Part shown: positions 37,130 through 51,420 of the stretch, piece after piece
Layout: each line of letters starts with the position of its first letter
Position numbering within the stretch: the first letter of the stretch is position 1
Source of the DNA: Carcharhinus amblyrhynchos
Lineage: Eukaryota
Assembly (NCBI GenBank): GCA_965287045.1
Contig: OZ336873.1
Location: forward strand, 40,920,001 to 40,984,000
DNA: 64,000 bases
Reading direction: 5' to 3'
Notes under the pieces: generated by a model
What the model was told of the DNA's origin: nothing
The model's input: only the letters and a program-made list of their open reading frames with translations
Database searches by the model: none
Position numbers and translations under genes: made by a program

Positions 37130-37800
37130 CCTGACATCGTCATCTGATGAAGAGTATAACACCTCTGTCTGTGGCTGTCAAAGCCTCTACTGCATGAGGT
37201 TATGCAGGATGCAGCAGCAGACCTTGGAAACCTCGGGGATTGCATACTGGAGATTTCTGCAAGCGTGGGCTCACTTTCAACATTCCACTGGTCTGCTCAA
37301 TTATAACTTGTGAATCCATGGGATTCATTGTAGCGCCCACAGCTGCAGTTCAAGGGTTTCTAACTGGTGTCATCAGTCAGGTATTGAGAGGATAGCCCCA
37401 GTCACTTGCAGGCATGGGTTAGCTGTGACAACTGGCAGTTGCAAATAGCATATGCATATTTAGAGCTCCCAGGGAACCAAGCACACATCTGGGAGATACA
37501 CCTCCTGTTGTCGCAGACCAACTGAATAGAATCCTTTTCTCTTTATACAGGTTGCAGGGAGCTGCGAATACTACATGCATACAGTCAATCATTTTCTGCA
37601 CCTGTGGGAAATCCACAATGCCACCAACCCAATTGATGCTGTACAAGACCCAGTGGCCTGCTTCCTCTACACCATTCTTCTTCCACCCAAGGCTCCAGGA
37701 ACACCAGGTGGACAAGACCCATTTTGCCTCCTGAAATTGAGCAGAGGGCAGAAGCCAGGTAAAGATGTCTCCTCCACTGGTGATGACTTGGCCTTCACCC
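37130..37800 (-). mobile_element. Decayed Harbinger transposase
   Basis: GIVDFPQVQKMIDCMHV (cf. GFPxVxGAIDCTHV), DWGYPL, LMTPVRNP, RYNESH, IIEQTSGMLK, CCILHNL. Confidence 0.85.
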
Positions 37801-38249
37801 AAAACATTGGACCTGTGGATGAATGGTACTTATTCTGGTCTCTTCACTCACTACGTGACCTTCTACAAACACTACCTGGTAATGCTCTCATTGACCCACG
37901 ACCTTTACTCAACGTCCTCCCACCGTCCCTCAGTCATCCTCAGCTGGCCTCACAATGCTCCTCAGTCTCCTCTTCCAGGAAACTCTTATTAGACAGACAG
38001 TTCCATCTTGCTCAGCTTCAACCTTGAAGACTGCCTTTCCTGCTCTACGCCAACCTTACTGGTTGCAGAAGTGAAGTTCCATGTGTTCCAATGCACCTAA
38101 TCACAAAATCCTGTTTGATGCATATTCATTGAATGCAAATCTTGCCACGTGCCAATGCCATTGCTGTCCCACTTCCAACCTGCTGCCAACGTTGAGAACC
38201 TGAAAGTTTGTTTACTGCCCTATTCAACACCCCTCCAACTCTTTCCCCA

Positions 38250-39190
38250 CTCCCACAACCAGCATTAAATTCTGTCCTATCTATCCATTATCTATACTCT
38301 CTACCTTCAGCTAAACTCTTGACCAAGTCAATAACTTCCCCTTTAATTCCAGGAACTTTAACTTCAGCTAACTGTGACTTATGAGGCACTTTTAGAAGTT
38401 CATATAAATAACATCCATAGACAATTCTTGGCAACTACTTTAGTCACTTCTCCAATAAAATCGTTAGGTATGATCATGTCAGCTGAATACTTCCAATCTG
38501 CTCAGTCATTCTACCCTTATAGATTCCAAATTATTGTTTCCTGATTAAAAAGAGAAATTAGGCTAACTAGTCTGTAATGCCCCTTTTGCTCTCCCAATTT
38601 TTTAGACAACAGTGACATGTGCAACTTTCCAATCAAAATGAATCAACTGAAACAACTTTGGAAAATGTTAGCCCGAGCATCTGCAAAGTTCTCACCTACG
38701 CGCTTTAAAACCCTGGAATGGGAGCCATCTGATCCTGAGAATTTTTCACTAATGTCATTAGTTTCTTCAGTACTGTTGGTTGCTCATGCTACCTTTCCCA
38801 AGTCCCACATCACTGATTCAATATTAGTTTCCTTAGGATTTCCAACACGCTAAGCTCCTTCTCAACTGAAAATGTCGGATGTCTCCCATCTTCTTATTTT
38901 CATAGACCATATCATTACCCAGAAGAAGAAACAGTACAAATGGGGAAATAAAAACCAGTTTGGAGTGGGGTTTTTGTGTAATCTAAAATGGCACACCAGT
39001 AAAAGCTGGAAAATAAGAATACTGATCCAAACTGTTTTTTCCTTCTGGATATTATCAGTTTTTAAAGGAGCCAGTGTTGGTCCTGCCCACCCACTTTTAC
39101 CTGAAATTGTAAAAAAGAAACTGGTGTTGAATTAGATATCCCTTGCAAGTTTCTTTAAATATTCCCATTTTGTAGTTCTGTGCTTTTTTC
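38250..39190 (-). mobile_element. Old CR1 LINE fragment
   Basis: Reverse complement of YRLVSLIS and DGSHSRVLK motifs; heavily decayed. Confidence 0.55.
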
Positions 39191-39207
39191 TTTACATGTT
39201 TGCATAC

Positions 39208-39335
39208 CTAACTGAAATTTCTAAAGAGTAAAATTGATTCCAAAGATTATATGTTTTGTAATAATTTTTTTTGGTCAATGGAATTCCATGTCTTATACTG
39301 AAATTCCAACTATTAGATCTTAATCTGGACTTGGA
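39208..39335 (-). other. Candidate 128-nt internal exon behind a ~95-nt polypyrimidine tract
   Basis: Very long pyrimidine tract ending tcctttcaag|, donor ttag|gtatgc; open frame in phase 0 to phase 2. Confidence 0.25.
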
Positions 39336-40719
39336 CTTGAAAGGAGAGATGGAGGAAAAGATGAAAAGTAGAAGGGAGGGAAAAAAGGTGGAATGCAGAG
39401 AGGAAGAAAGGGTAGAAGGGAAAAAAGGGAAGAACAGTGATTGATGCTTCGTTATCAAATTGAGTGATTCCTTACTGTTCACTTTCTAATTAATGAGGGA
39501 AGGTAGTGCTCTGAAAGAATAAGCATGTAGTACCAGTGGCAATGCAACAGCAAAATAATAAATTACCACAATATTTAATTTTTGACGTTAACAATTGAGG
39601 ATGTCATGTAGACAAAGACACTGAGAACTCTCTACTCTTGATTAACACTAGGGGATCTTTTACAGTTGCCTTTTACCTGAGCAGGTTTGGGGCCCTCTTT
39701 ATTGTCTCAACAGACAAACAACAATTCTGACAACATAGCACTCCTTCCTTGTTACATGTAATTTAGGTTTATAATTTAGTGTAATAGGACTAAAACCTCT
39801 AACCTTCAGACTCAACAAGCTGACATTGCTGGGTCAGATATGGTTACCAGGACCCCAGGCAGAAACATGTGCATTTCAAGATTTATAATTCCAGCAATGG
39901 GTTTTAAAAAAACCTGAACGGCCAAATGAGTTACTCCTGCACCTGTTTTGTATGTTTCTATATCTTTTGACAATTATGTGGAAAAGAAAATGTTGCTAAT
40001 GTGCACTGTAAGGGTTCTATGGTTCTAACTGTGATTAGATAGTAAATAATTATTAAAATTTGGCAATGTTCCTCCTTCACTAACAGTTGCTTCAATCTTC
40101 ATCTAATTTCTCTAAAGTCACATGTCGTTCTCTCTCAAACTAATCAAAGTTGCTCCTTGCATTAGCATCGGGTGTTTCTATCAACAGCTCACAATGCCCT
40201 CTTCCTTTTATGCAGCATGATTGGGGCAACCAATGAGCAATTGCTTACATCAACCACTTGCTCTAAATATGGTTTTTAACAGGGTGTTCTGACCACCCAT
40301 GCATTGTTAAACAGACTACTTGCAAACTGTTAATAGAAGAAGGCAGAAAGTATGATAATTATTTTGGGAATTCATGGCAAGCAGACAGCAAAACATTTGG
40401 TGGGGCACTTATAGCTTGTACCATCGAACCTGGTAGTGAAAGGAAGAATAAACTTGAGACTCAGATCATGCCATGAGCAAATTAAATGTGTCTACCATTT
40501 CTAATTTACAAGTGGCTTATTTACAGAGGACATAATATCTGGATTGTGGTTGTATTCCATTTAATTTTGTAAATTTTATTTAATGTTCATAGAAACAGTG
40601 ACTCCTGCTGTAATATACAAAGGAGCACAAAACTTCTAACTTACCAATCCGCTTTATGTCTAGTCCAATATTGTGTTGGATTTCAGTAGAAATGACCATG
40701 TAACTTCCATACAATCTAT

Positions 40720-40920
40720 GGTAGTGTAATGGTTACTTTCTCGGGACAAATAATCCGGAGACCTGGACCAATAATCCAAAGCATGAAGTCAAATCCCACC
40801 ATGGCAGTTTGAGAATTTGAATTCAATTTAAAAGAAAAATCTGGAATAAAAAGCTGATATGGTATCAGCAAAGAGGGCTATCAAGTAGTTGAATTGCCAT
40901 AAAAACAAGACAGTATCAAT
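40720..40920 (+). mobile_element. tRNA-derived SINE 5' portion
   Basis: gtagtgtaatggtta (A-box-like) ... gtcaaatcccaccatggcag (B-box-like). Confidence 0.55.
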
Positions 40921-41394
40921 GATTTTTTAAAAAGTGTATACACAGCATTTTTGTATTTTTCCTCAAAGATTAACTAAACATTCCAATCATATATCACATA
41001 TTTTTATTGCATTTCACTTCCTCTTTGACCACTTTTTTTTCAAATGACCTGGAGTACAAGAAATGATTTTATTTTAAAAAAAGGTGTGTGTTGATTGCAA
41101 AATGACTTTGGCAACACCTTACAGAACAAACAGTCCTTGCATTAATATTAAAGCTGTTTTATGTGTACATAATATAAATGCTGGAGTAAAAACATGGGAG
41201 AGCAAGCCTATCTATCACTTACAGTAGGGCTATTTGCAATCTTCACATTGAGGTAGGGCACTGAATTTTCTAATGATTTGTTCATAAGCAGCAGCATTTC
41301 GTGACCCAGCAGTGAAGAATGGAAAACCTCCTGCTATGAGCTGAATGGAACCCTTTAGTAGGCTCCTTGAAGAGCTCATTTTCGCATTACTCAG

Positions 41395-41534
41395 NNNNNN
41401 NNNNNNNNNNNNNNNNNNNNNNNNNNNNNNNNNNNNNNNNNNNNNNNNNNNNNNNNNNNNNNNNNNNNNNNNNNNNNNNNNNNNNNNNNNNNNNNNNNNN
41501 NNNNNNNNNNNNNNNNNNNNNNNNNNNNNNNNNN
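41395..41534. other. Assembly gap (140 N)
   Basis: Run of n characters. Confidence 1.
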
Positions 41535-41589
41535 AAGGGCTGACAGCTCATGGAAATACCTCCCCATGGTTACAACTGTAAATAATTTT

Positions 41590-41830
41590 TTGGTAAAATA
41601 TTGAAAAATCAATGACTGTTTCCTGCAATCTGTCACAAACAAATCAATCATAATCTGCACAGCCAGAGAGTGTGATATAGGGAGGGAAAAGAGCAGATGC
41701 AATCTTCCAGTGAAATCTCTCATTTCAAAATCACTTCACATAATGGTGTCATCATTTAAACACTTAACAGTCACTGCAACTGCAGCTCATAGCATTGAAT
41801 GAGAAAAGCATGAACAGGAGAAAACCATCA
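41590..41830. promoter_or_regulatory. Candidate conserved enhancer with adjacent MEIS and PBX-HOX sites
   Basis: CTGTCA (41630-41635) lies 7 bp from ATCAATCA (TGATTGAT on minus, 41643-41650) in repeat-free sequence. Confidence 0.4.
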
Positions 41831-44800
41831 TTGTTATATAAACAAACATTTAATTTAAATGGTTTCTGCATTTGCCTGTTCTATAAGTGAGGCCAACTAC
41901 CTGTCAATATTACATAGCAGTTTTTTCCTGCTAATCAATTATGTATGCCTCACATGAAGCACATGAGCAATTTCACTGTAAATTAACTCCTGCAGGAACT
42001 TACAGCCTTTGATATGCATAGGTTCCATAAAAGTAAGAATAGTACTTAAATGTTTTTTCTTGGTACTATGAATACAACTATTTCCATATTCTATTATTCA
42101 CAAAATAAAAAAATCTGTGGTGCATGTGTGGCACATCAATTTAATCGGATAAGTAATGAATATATGAATTCACAATAGCACTCTATACATGGTAGCATGT
42201 ATCTATGTACTGTATAATAATCCATTGCATTGTGAATAAAACACAAATGACTGTCTTTCACCTCGAGAGTCACAGGTTTCAATACCCAAAGGAAGAAAAT
42301 GATGAAAAAGCCTCTGTCTTTTGCCTTGGGGCAAGTGTATTGGACTGGTGACTATTATCCAGCTACCTAAAATACTAAAGGTTGCACGAACAGCATGGCA
42401 CAGAATATTATGATAGATACTGCAGAGTGCATACAGTCTCCTCTGACATGGATTAAGGGGTTTCTCAACAAAGTTGTTTTTTCCCCCCACTGGGGATTTC
42501 ATTTGCTCCAAATCTCTCTGCTCCTATTTTCCTCACTATCTAAAAATCCAAAGTAAAAGTGTTTCGATTGGATGAAAATAAACACCAAAGAACTCAAAAG
42601 TATCATAATTATGCCCCCCTAACACTACTGAGAGTAGTGACTTTACAGTATTTAATCAGATAAACAATGGTGCCGGTTATTTACTTTGTTAAAAATATCA
42701 GTCCTGTAAAAAAAACCTCGAACACTGTAAACATCCTTCAGATCATAACTGTAACAAGATACATCATTGTAATGTGTAATAAGGGTGCTGACAATATGTA
42801 GATATGGGAAGAGAAAGAGAGAGAAAGAGGGAAGTTGTGGGAGAAGTTAAGTCATAGCAAACTTTGAAATTGTATAATTGTCACAAGGGATGCTGACCAC
42901 AGAAACTCACTGTTGTTGAGACTCTGTCACTCTCAAAAACTAAAGTCAATCATGTCTGATTTGTTTATGTTTTCTTTCAAACTAGCTAAACAAGATGTTG
43001 TTTTATAATGATAGAGTTGGCAAAACTATCAGTGTGCGCTGTTACTACTCCTCCGACTGCAAATTTTGAAGTGCACATATACGTGCAATCCACATGGAAA
43101 TGCAAAACTTGCTGTCTGTGAGTCCACACTTCCCATTAGGATCTGCTACTGAAATCTCCCCAGACTGCAATTATGTAGAAATCACTGAACTGATAAGAAC
43201 TTATCCTTTAACATTCATAATCTTGTTGCAGAGGCCCTTGAAAATGCTGGTGCAATTGGGTTTTTAAATGGCATAATAAGTTTAGAATTACTGCTGAACA
43301 GACTCAATAGTCCTGAAAAATTAATTTCATAAATGTAGATTGGCAAATTTCTGTTATGATAAAAAAGGTAAAAAATATGTTTTTAAAGTTTATGCTATTT
43401 TAGCTTATTTAATGCCATATAAGTTCCAATCTTTTATTTCACTCTCTGTAAAATTTTAATTAAAAGTGAAAACTTTAGTGTATTTTACTTCCTGGTTGCT
43501 GCCTGCGAGAATACTTCAATTTGATTGACTAATTACCCTGCTTAATGATATCACTGTTGCTGGATGCCTGGAGATCCCCTTGCCTAGCACGAGATTCAAA
43601 CTGATGTTGAAAATGACAAAATCTATACTACATAGATAACTGGACCTTTGAAAGAATTTCCCTTAAGGCCAGCAGCAAGCATCCTTTCTTCCTCACTGAC
43701 TATAAAATCCAGGATATTAATTTTGAATAGTTTCTATTATTGTTAGTTATATCCATTGTGAAAGTTATTTCAGTTGGTAAGGTGGTACCTTGGAGCTTAC
43801 ATCAAGGAAAGTATGAGCAATTTGGGGAGTCTTTAGGACTGAAATAGCAGTCATGGTGTCCTATGGGAGGAAAACAATAGTTGAGGCAATTGTGGAGGTC
43901 TCAAGAAGGGACCTTTATGGGCACTGTACAGAAATGGTTACTATAACAATAGTATCAACATTGCGACGACTAAGTGTACAATATTGTACTGTTGACCACT
44001 AAAAAGGGAGAAAATGTTGGGGATTTAGTGGAACAGATAGGCTTACTGTCCCTTTTCACCATAGCATGCAGGATCATATCCATGGAATAAATGTCTTTCT
44101 TCTGATATTAATGCAATAAAGAGAGTTTGGATTGCTGTTGTCTATTTCAAATGGCAAAGGAATGATGGCAAGAAGTCATTCCTGAAATCTGCAATCCTAA
44201 ATCAATATGACTCTGTGGAAAATGACAATATTCCAACCCAGAGGCAACATTTAGGACAGAGGGAGGCTTACTTTGCAGTTATTTATTCAACAACTAATCA
44301 GAGTGGTTGGTCCCAATGCAGAGTGCCTGATTTTGAAAAAAAATTCTAATTACAGAATAAAATTAAAATGTAAGGGAAATCTACATAGACTGAAATGTTT
44401 AACTACTTAATAAGTAATTTAGATATAGTAATTTGTTTCATTTAATTCAAATTGGTAAACTGAACATATAGATGCATTTTATACTTTGAGGATTATGTAC
44501 AACTCTGATCAGAAAATATTACAACAGCAGCATTACATTCTGCAAAGTTTTTGTACTATTCTACACATTTATAAATTTTCCAATAAAGTAAATGATCATG
44601 TGACTCTCCAAACGTCCAAATGTTTTCCAGCAGTTAACACATCATAATGGCACTTTTCCAATAGCTACTTCTCTTTCACTTAAACTAATAAAAACCTGAG
44701 TCTAATCTCATGAGTCAATCCAGTCAAAAAAACTACTTTGCTTAATTAAAAAAAAATCGTTAGACTTGCATTCAGCCTGTAAAATATTCTAGAGGCATGG

Positions 44801-46849
44801 ATTTCATGCTTTTTATATATTGTAGCATTATTAATTGGCATCTTGCATTCCATGTACAAATTCAGCTTTTACAATAAAAGCCACTCGGCTGATGAAACTT
44901 AGAAGAAAATTGTGTCCATTGCACTACACAGGTGAGATTATTGCATTGAAATATAACAAATTTGCAACAGATGCTAGATGCAACATACTAACTACTTAAA
45001 AGATGCATATATTCTACAAAGTGCAACAATAAAGCATTATTATAAACAAAATTACATTTAATAATTGGACATAATTGGAGTACAGTGGACAGAAAGTGTA
45101 TCAAAGATAATACTGATGCTTACCTGGATAATTTAGCTATCCAGATGCATTAAGGTACACACAATTGGCTCCCATTAAAATAAGCTATCCAGATAAATAT
45201 TATAATATAATTGATGGCACAGCACTTGCAATTTTGGTCCCATCCTACTGTGCTCTATTATGATACATGTAACACCTTTAGCCAAAGAGATTTAATTTCT
45301 ACCATCAATACAACACAATGTATACTTGTAGCTTTTAGATATTTAAATGAAAATATAAAAACATGCGAATTAAATTTAGGAATAGCAATTACTGTTGAAA
45401 ATAATAGCACATTGCTAGTTTTCCTGCAGCTTTGTTGCAAATATTTTAACATGGTTCTCTCTTCAACAAACAATATAAATATTTCCATGCCAAATCATAG
45501 AGAAGCTTTTCAAAATAACTATTCTGACTGCCAATTCTCACTGCAGGGTCTGGGGACATGACTTGCCCAGTAAATTAACAGGTACCTTATTTAGGCATAC
45601 CCAATACACTTCAGGTACATTGTGCTCATTAAGCATCTATATATTTTGGAGTTCATGAAAATGAGGAATTTAATGCTGATAATAAGGCATCCATTATCAG
45701 CATTGAGTACTTGCAGGTCTAGAATAGTGCCCACAAATAGAGTGAAATTTTCTTCAATATAGCCCACCATTCCCCAATATCAAAAACTTACTTTCTCTTG
45801 GTCAGAGCTGAACTTGAACCCAGGTCTTAGAGACCAAGTGGGAAAATGCTAGCAGCTCACCCTTTGCTAATTTACCTACAAAACAACAGGGACCACACCT
45901 CCAAAATAACTGTGAGCCAGAGAGCAATTTGGAAAATCCTAAACAAGAGTAAGATGCTAACTAAAATCAAATTCTTCTTTCTCATTCAGGAATTTGAAGC
46001 GTATTTGTGGAAACTGTATTCATTATTCCAAGCAACTGAAGCATTCCATGACACTAGATTCTTGGCTAACTTACATCTTACAACTTCTCAATTGCAAACA
46101 GTATTGAAAATCTGGTGTACTCCATGAAGCATACACTGTTGTAATTATCTAATTTTCAAACTGGATTTTTAAATTTACAAAATGTTAACAGCACAAAAAT
46201 ATCTGCAAGTTCAAAAACTAGAAATGTGACAATGGGACAAAACACAGAAATACGCAAACCTTGATATAAATAGCAAAGTTTTTGTGCACACTGACTTATC
46301 AACAGTAGCAAAACTTTTAGAATTATAAGTTATACTGCAAAAAAAAACCCTCAAAACTATTCAGAATAGTTAAAATTTACTTATCAAATTGCAATGCATG
46401 ACATACTACGCCATAACAGAACTTGCATCCATTAAGGCTAATGAAAGCATACTAAAGCATTTTTGAATCACTGAGTTGTCAGGTTAGTATCTTAATGGAT
46501 CTGAGCATACAGACAGTTCTCGTTGCATGCATTTTTCTTTCAACAAAGAGTTTGGTGAGAGGACGTCATGTATAAATATCATGAAACATAAATGTAAAAA
46601 ACTTTCCAAAGTATTGAGATGTCAAATTAGTCTCCACAAGTTAACAGATTGAAATTTCAGTGTTCAAGTATCAGAGTGATTCATTTTTAAACTTTGTTGC
46701 AACATTAGGCTTTTATAAAGTTATGGCAAAAATTAAGTGTTTACAACTCATCGTGAAAGTCAATTATACATGCTCTTAATAACAATAATCATGGACATCT
46801 AGTAGGAATTCCAAGCCCAGATAGCATTATTATAAATCATAATCACTTA

Positions 46850-47450
46850 AATAAATGCATCATCACAATACAACTTTGCTATTATTTCTGCATATTTTTA
46901 GGTCGGGTATATGGTTGTTTCATTACATCTTAAGAGCCTGACAAGAAAATTCACATAGTTAATATTGATTAATACAATTAAGTAACACACCCCAAGTGTT
47001 GTATGGTCAATTAAAATGAAACACTTATAGCCCCAAGTACCCATTAATCTAAATATTCATGCAACTTTTCATTGAGTGATTTATTACAAATAAAGTAATG
47101 CATTATATGCATTAGTCCAATTGCTAGCGTATACAATGTCCAAATGAACGGGCTTAATAGATTAGTTTTCATGAGACTTGCTTGTTCCAAACAAATAAAT
47201 GGTGGCAATGTTGAAAAACCATGCTCTGATGCACCAAATGTCTGATCATAGTTAACAACCAATATTCTACTGGGCATTTAATTCAGTAATCCTGCTTTCA
47301 AACCAATACCAGTTCCTAGTTTTTTTCAAACCAATCTAATAATGTGATAGGCAAAGTAAATGCATCAAGCTGAAGCCGAATCTCCAAACGTTTTGTAACG
47401 CCATCATTTTTCTTATAATTCTAATGGATTTACTCCAGACACGCCCCATT
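46850..47450. promoter_or_regulatory. Candidate conserved non-coding element
   Basis: Repeat-free, dense TAAT/ATTA cores, TGATTTATTA PBX-HOX-like site at 47077-47086. Confidence 0.4.
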
Positions 47451-48044
47451 ACCAGAGTGGTCTTGCAAGGAAGGAAATCCCACTCTGGCTAAAATACGTA
47501 TTTTTTTAAACAAAAAATTCTGAAGAAACAATTGGCAGATTCCATCCCACCATAAACAAACAGGGTTGTTAAGGAAACCTAATTAATGCATATAAAACAT
47601 TAAACGGTATAGAGAAACTGAACCCTGAAAATTACTCTAAAGAATTCATGTAGAGAGGACCAAAAGGCATACATTTAATTTAATGGAAAATAAATATAAC
47701 ATATTAATTCTTCTTTCCTCCTCCACACAAAAGGTGCTAAACATTTGGAACATGATTCCAGAAAGATTATAGCATCAAAACGTGGAACATTCAAAATGGA
47801 ACTTCTGCTGTCGAGGGTGAACGTGGAATGAGCTGTAGCAGGCCATTGAGCCCTTTTGCATTTGCAACTTTTGCCCTATTCCCTTAAATTCAAAACGATG
47901 GGCAGTTTATAATAATTACATAACAGTAATCCCACATAGTATACCATGGCATCTAAACTACAAGATTGGAACTCCAACAGTTCATAATAATCACTCCTTA
48001 AGCCCCAGTGTTATATTAGCAAATCTATACCCCTTCTAAAGTCG

Positions 48045-49292
48045 AAGAACAAAGGACAACACAGCACAGGACCAGGCCCTTCAGCCCTCCAAGCCTGCAC
48101 AGGTCATGTGTTCCTAACTAGGCTGTTTGTATTCCTCTATTCCCAGTGTGTTATGTGGCTATCTAGATAAGTCTTAAATGATCCTAGCATGTCTGCCTCA
48201 ACCACCTTGCTTGGTAGTGCATTCCAGGCCCCCACCACCCTCTATGTAAAATACACCTCCCGCATATCTGTATTGAACCTTGCTCCCCTTACCTTGAACT
48301 TGTGACCCCTTGTGTTTGTCATTTTCAACCTGGGAAAAAGCTTCCAGCTATTCACCCTATCTATGCCCTTCATAATTATATAAACTTCTATTAGGTCGCC
48401 CCTCAACCTCCATCTTTCCAGGGAGAACAATCCTAATTTACTCAATCTCACCTCATAGCTAAGACCCTCCATATCCAGGCAACATCCTGGCAAACCTTTT
48501 CTACACTCTCTCCAAAAGCCTCCACGTCCTTCAGGTAGTGTGGTGACCAGAACTGGATGCAGTATTCCAAATGTGGCCTAACCAACATTCTGTATGACTG
48601 CAACATCATATGCCAACTCTTATACTCTATGACCCGTCCAATAAAGACGAGCATGCCATATGCCTTCTTCACCACCTTTTCCACCTGTGTTGTCACCTTT
48701 AAGGATCTGTGGACTTGCATACCCAGATTCCTATGTGTCTCTACATTCCTGATGGTTCTGCCATTTATTGTACAGCTCCCCCCTGCATTAGATCTACCAA
48801 AATGCATCTTTGCATTTATCTGAATTAAATTCCATCTGCCATTTCTCCGCCCAATTTTCCAGCCTATTTATATCCTGCTGTATTCTCTGACAATGTTCAT
48901 CATTATCGGCAACTCCAGCAATCTTTGTGTCACCCGCAAACTTGCTAATTAGACCAGCTACATCTTCTTCCAAATCATTTATGTATATCACAAACAGCAG
49001 AGGTCCCACTCGTCACAGGCCTCCAATCAGTAAAAGACCCTCCACTGCTATCCTCTGTCTTCTATGGCCAAGCCAGCTCTGAATCCATCTAGCTACTTCA
49101 CTCTTATCACCCATGTGATTTAACCTTTTGCACCAGCCTGCCATGACGGACCTTATCAAATGCTTTACTAAAGTCCATGTAGACGACATCCACGGCCCCT
49201 CCCTTGTCAATCAATCCACATAGACAACATCCACAGCCCTTCCTTCGTCAATCAAAGTAGATGACATCCATGGCTCTTCTCTCGTCAATCAA
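48045..49292 (-). mobile_element. 5'-truncated CR1 LINE
   Basis: Minus-strand ORFs with GPLLFVIYINDL, SKFAGDTK, LVRPHLEYCIQFWSP; 3' tail at ~48045; triplicated 5' junction. Confidence 0.95.
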
Positions 49293-51137
49293 CCAGTCAT
49301 CTTACCTATTTGTACCCAAAAAGGGCTTGAGGCCGATCTCAATATTTAAAATCGATTTTATATCTGATTTAATTACTATTAGTGAGAACGAGTTGGAATT
49401 GGCCAGTCTCACTTGCCTTTGCAGTGTTGCAGGTCAAAGTCCTCACTAGCAAGGATCACGTATGGTCCCCATCAATGGGAACCTGGCATGATGGCCTCAT
49501 CAGTAGGACAGGAGGAAACAAATCTTGCTTCATTTTTTCCTCAAAGTGTAGTAAGATTGGGTATTTAGCCCAAAAAAAATTGGCACAACTCTCTCCTGTT
49601 TTCATGCTTGTCCGTGCTCCTCCCCCTCCCCACAATATATATTTCCAGTGGTTCAATTCTCCAGCTGGGGTTTGACTAAGGTTGTGTCCAATTGAAGCAT
49701 CATTTATCATTTTTATATTCCAGTCCTCTCAAGATAAATCCCAGTATATCCTTAATCTTGTTGATCATTTTTGTACCTTCATAATAACTTGTTAGTAATT
49801 TAAGTCCATGGGCATTCAAATCTCTTTGCTCCTCCACAGCTCCCAATCTCTCACCTTTAAGAAAATATTTTGTTTGGTCTCCCTCAGATCCAAACCGAAA
49901 AAAAAACTCATCCTTTTCCTTCTTAAACTTAATTTTTCATAAATTTTTCCTCACTCACTTTGTCCTCCACATTCCTAATTGTGCAAGGAATCAAATCAAA
50001 TTAACATCAGGTGATAGTAGGCTAGTGCACAGCAACCAGGAACAGCAGAATAAAAGTTTACAGAGGATGCCAGCTCTTTATAACTCCCTAATTGATCATA
50101 CTTGGAGTACTGAGTTCAGGAGTCATCACCTGGACAATAAGGAGAGATTTTTTCAGATGGTAGTGTTTCCCATCCTGAAAAGTCAGCAGGGACACATCCC
50201 CATCAATTACAACAGCCCTACAGCTATTTAACACTAATGCTCTGAGGAATGTTGATTGGCTGGGGATGAAACTTCCACCCCTGAATAGGGTGGAAGTCTA
50301 ATATCAGAGAGCGGATGATCAATCTGAATGAGTGAGTGGTGGTTCAAGGTCCAAGCATCACAGTGTTAGCAGTGGGCAAGATTGGGACTACAAAAGCAGC
50401 CGCCAGATTTCAAGTCCAGGACCAGGTAGGGTGGGGTGGAGAATCATGTTGGAGAGGACCAGTAGGCAAGATTTGGGGATTGCCCAAATTGGAAAGGATT
50501 GAGGAGAAGGGTTGCGGAGTGGCACCACTGCTCCCCACCGACTTTACACGCAAGCCCCATGGAGGATAATCTTCTGGCTTCCCCTTGTCCCTGAACTCTA
50601 CCTGCCTGCCTCAACATTGAAGCTTAACTGGCCAATAATCTGTCTCTTAAGGATCTCAATTGGGATGAGGTTAGGTTGGTCACTCATGGCCTCGACCCTG
50701 ACATAAAATTGAGGAGGTCAGGAGTGGCAGGAGAGTAGTGGGAAGGCCACTCAACTGCAGACCAGCTGATAGGAAGTCATAAATTGCGATCCTAAAAGTT
50801 ATATGGTGTTAAAGTACAAGCAGAACAACAGGACTGACCCAAGGAATAAAAAGAAACATACGGTTATAAAAAGATGTAATTTAACAAACAGATGAGAAGA
50901 AAATATTGGCAACATGGATGAGATGAAAATAAATTAAAATGGGACAAGAGAACATCATTAAAAATAAAGAGAAAATTTGGAGTATCAATAAACACTCAAA
51001 AGTGATAATATTTGGAATAATGTGTCAAATAAGGTAGTAAAAGCAAAAACATTAGTGCTATTCAAAATATAAGTATGGTGATGATCAGATTAACACATCC
51101 CTAATTTTTCTGGTGTTCGAAAGAAGCATATACTTAC

Positions 51138-51420
51138 AAATAGCAAAATAGATAAGCATATTACATGGATTCCAGAGAAGGTCTTAGAGACAGCTTTATG
51201 TGAAGTGTATATCAAGTTTGATCAGAAGTTGTAGAAAACAACTCATTGCACTTCTATCTTCAGTCTCTTTGGACAGTACTGAAATACACCAAGTCTGACA
51301 TTCAGCGTCGCATGATATGCTGTAAATTGTGTTAGGATCATATTTTCTTACAAGAAGGAAAAGTCAGAATCTGACAAGCTGTTTATATTTTCATCACAGC
51401 ATGTAAAATTATGGAGAAAC
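51138..51420 (-). other. Candidate 283-nt exon of the divergent transcript (stops in all three frames)
   Basis: Acceptor aatttcattttcag|G, donor ttt|gtaagta. In phase 2 it reads FLHNFTCCDENINSLSDSDFSFL*. Confidence 0.35.

Noticed and set aside
41345-41723. ORFs spanning the N run
   Set aside because: Created by the assembly gap.
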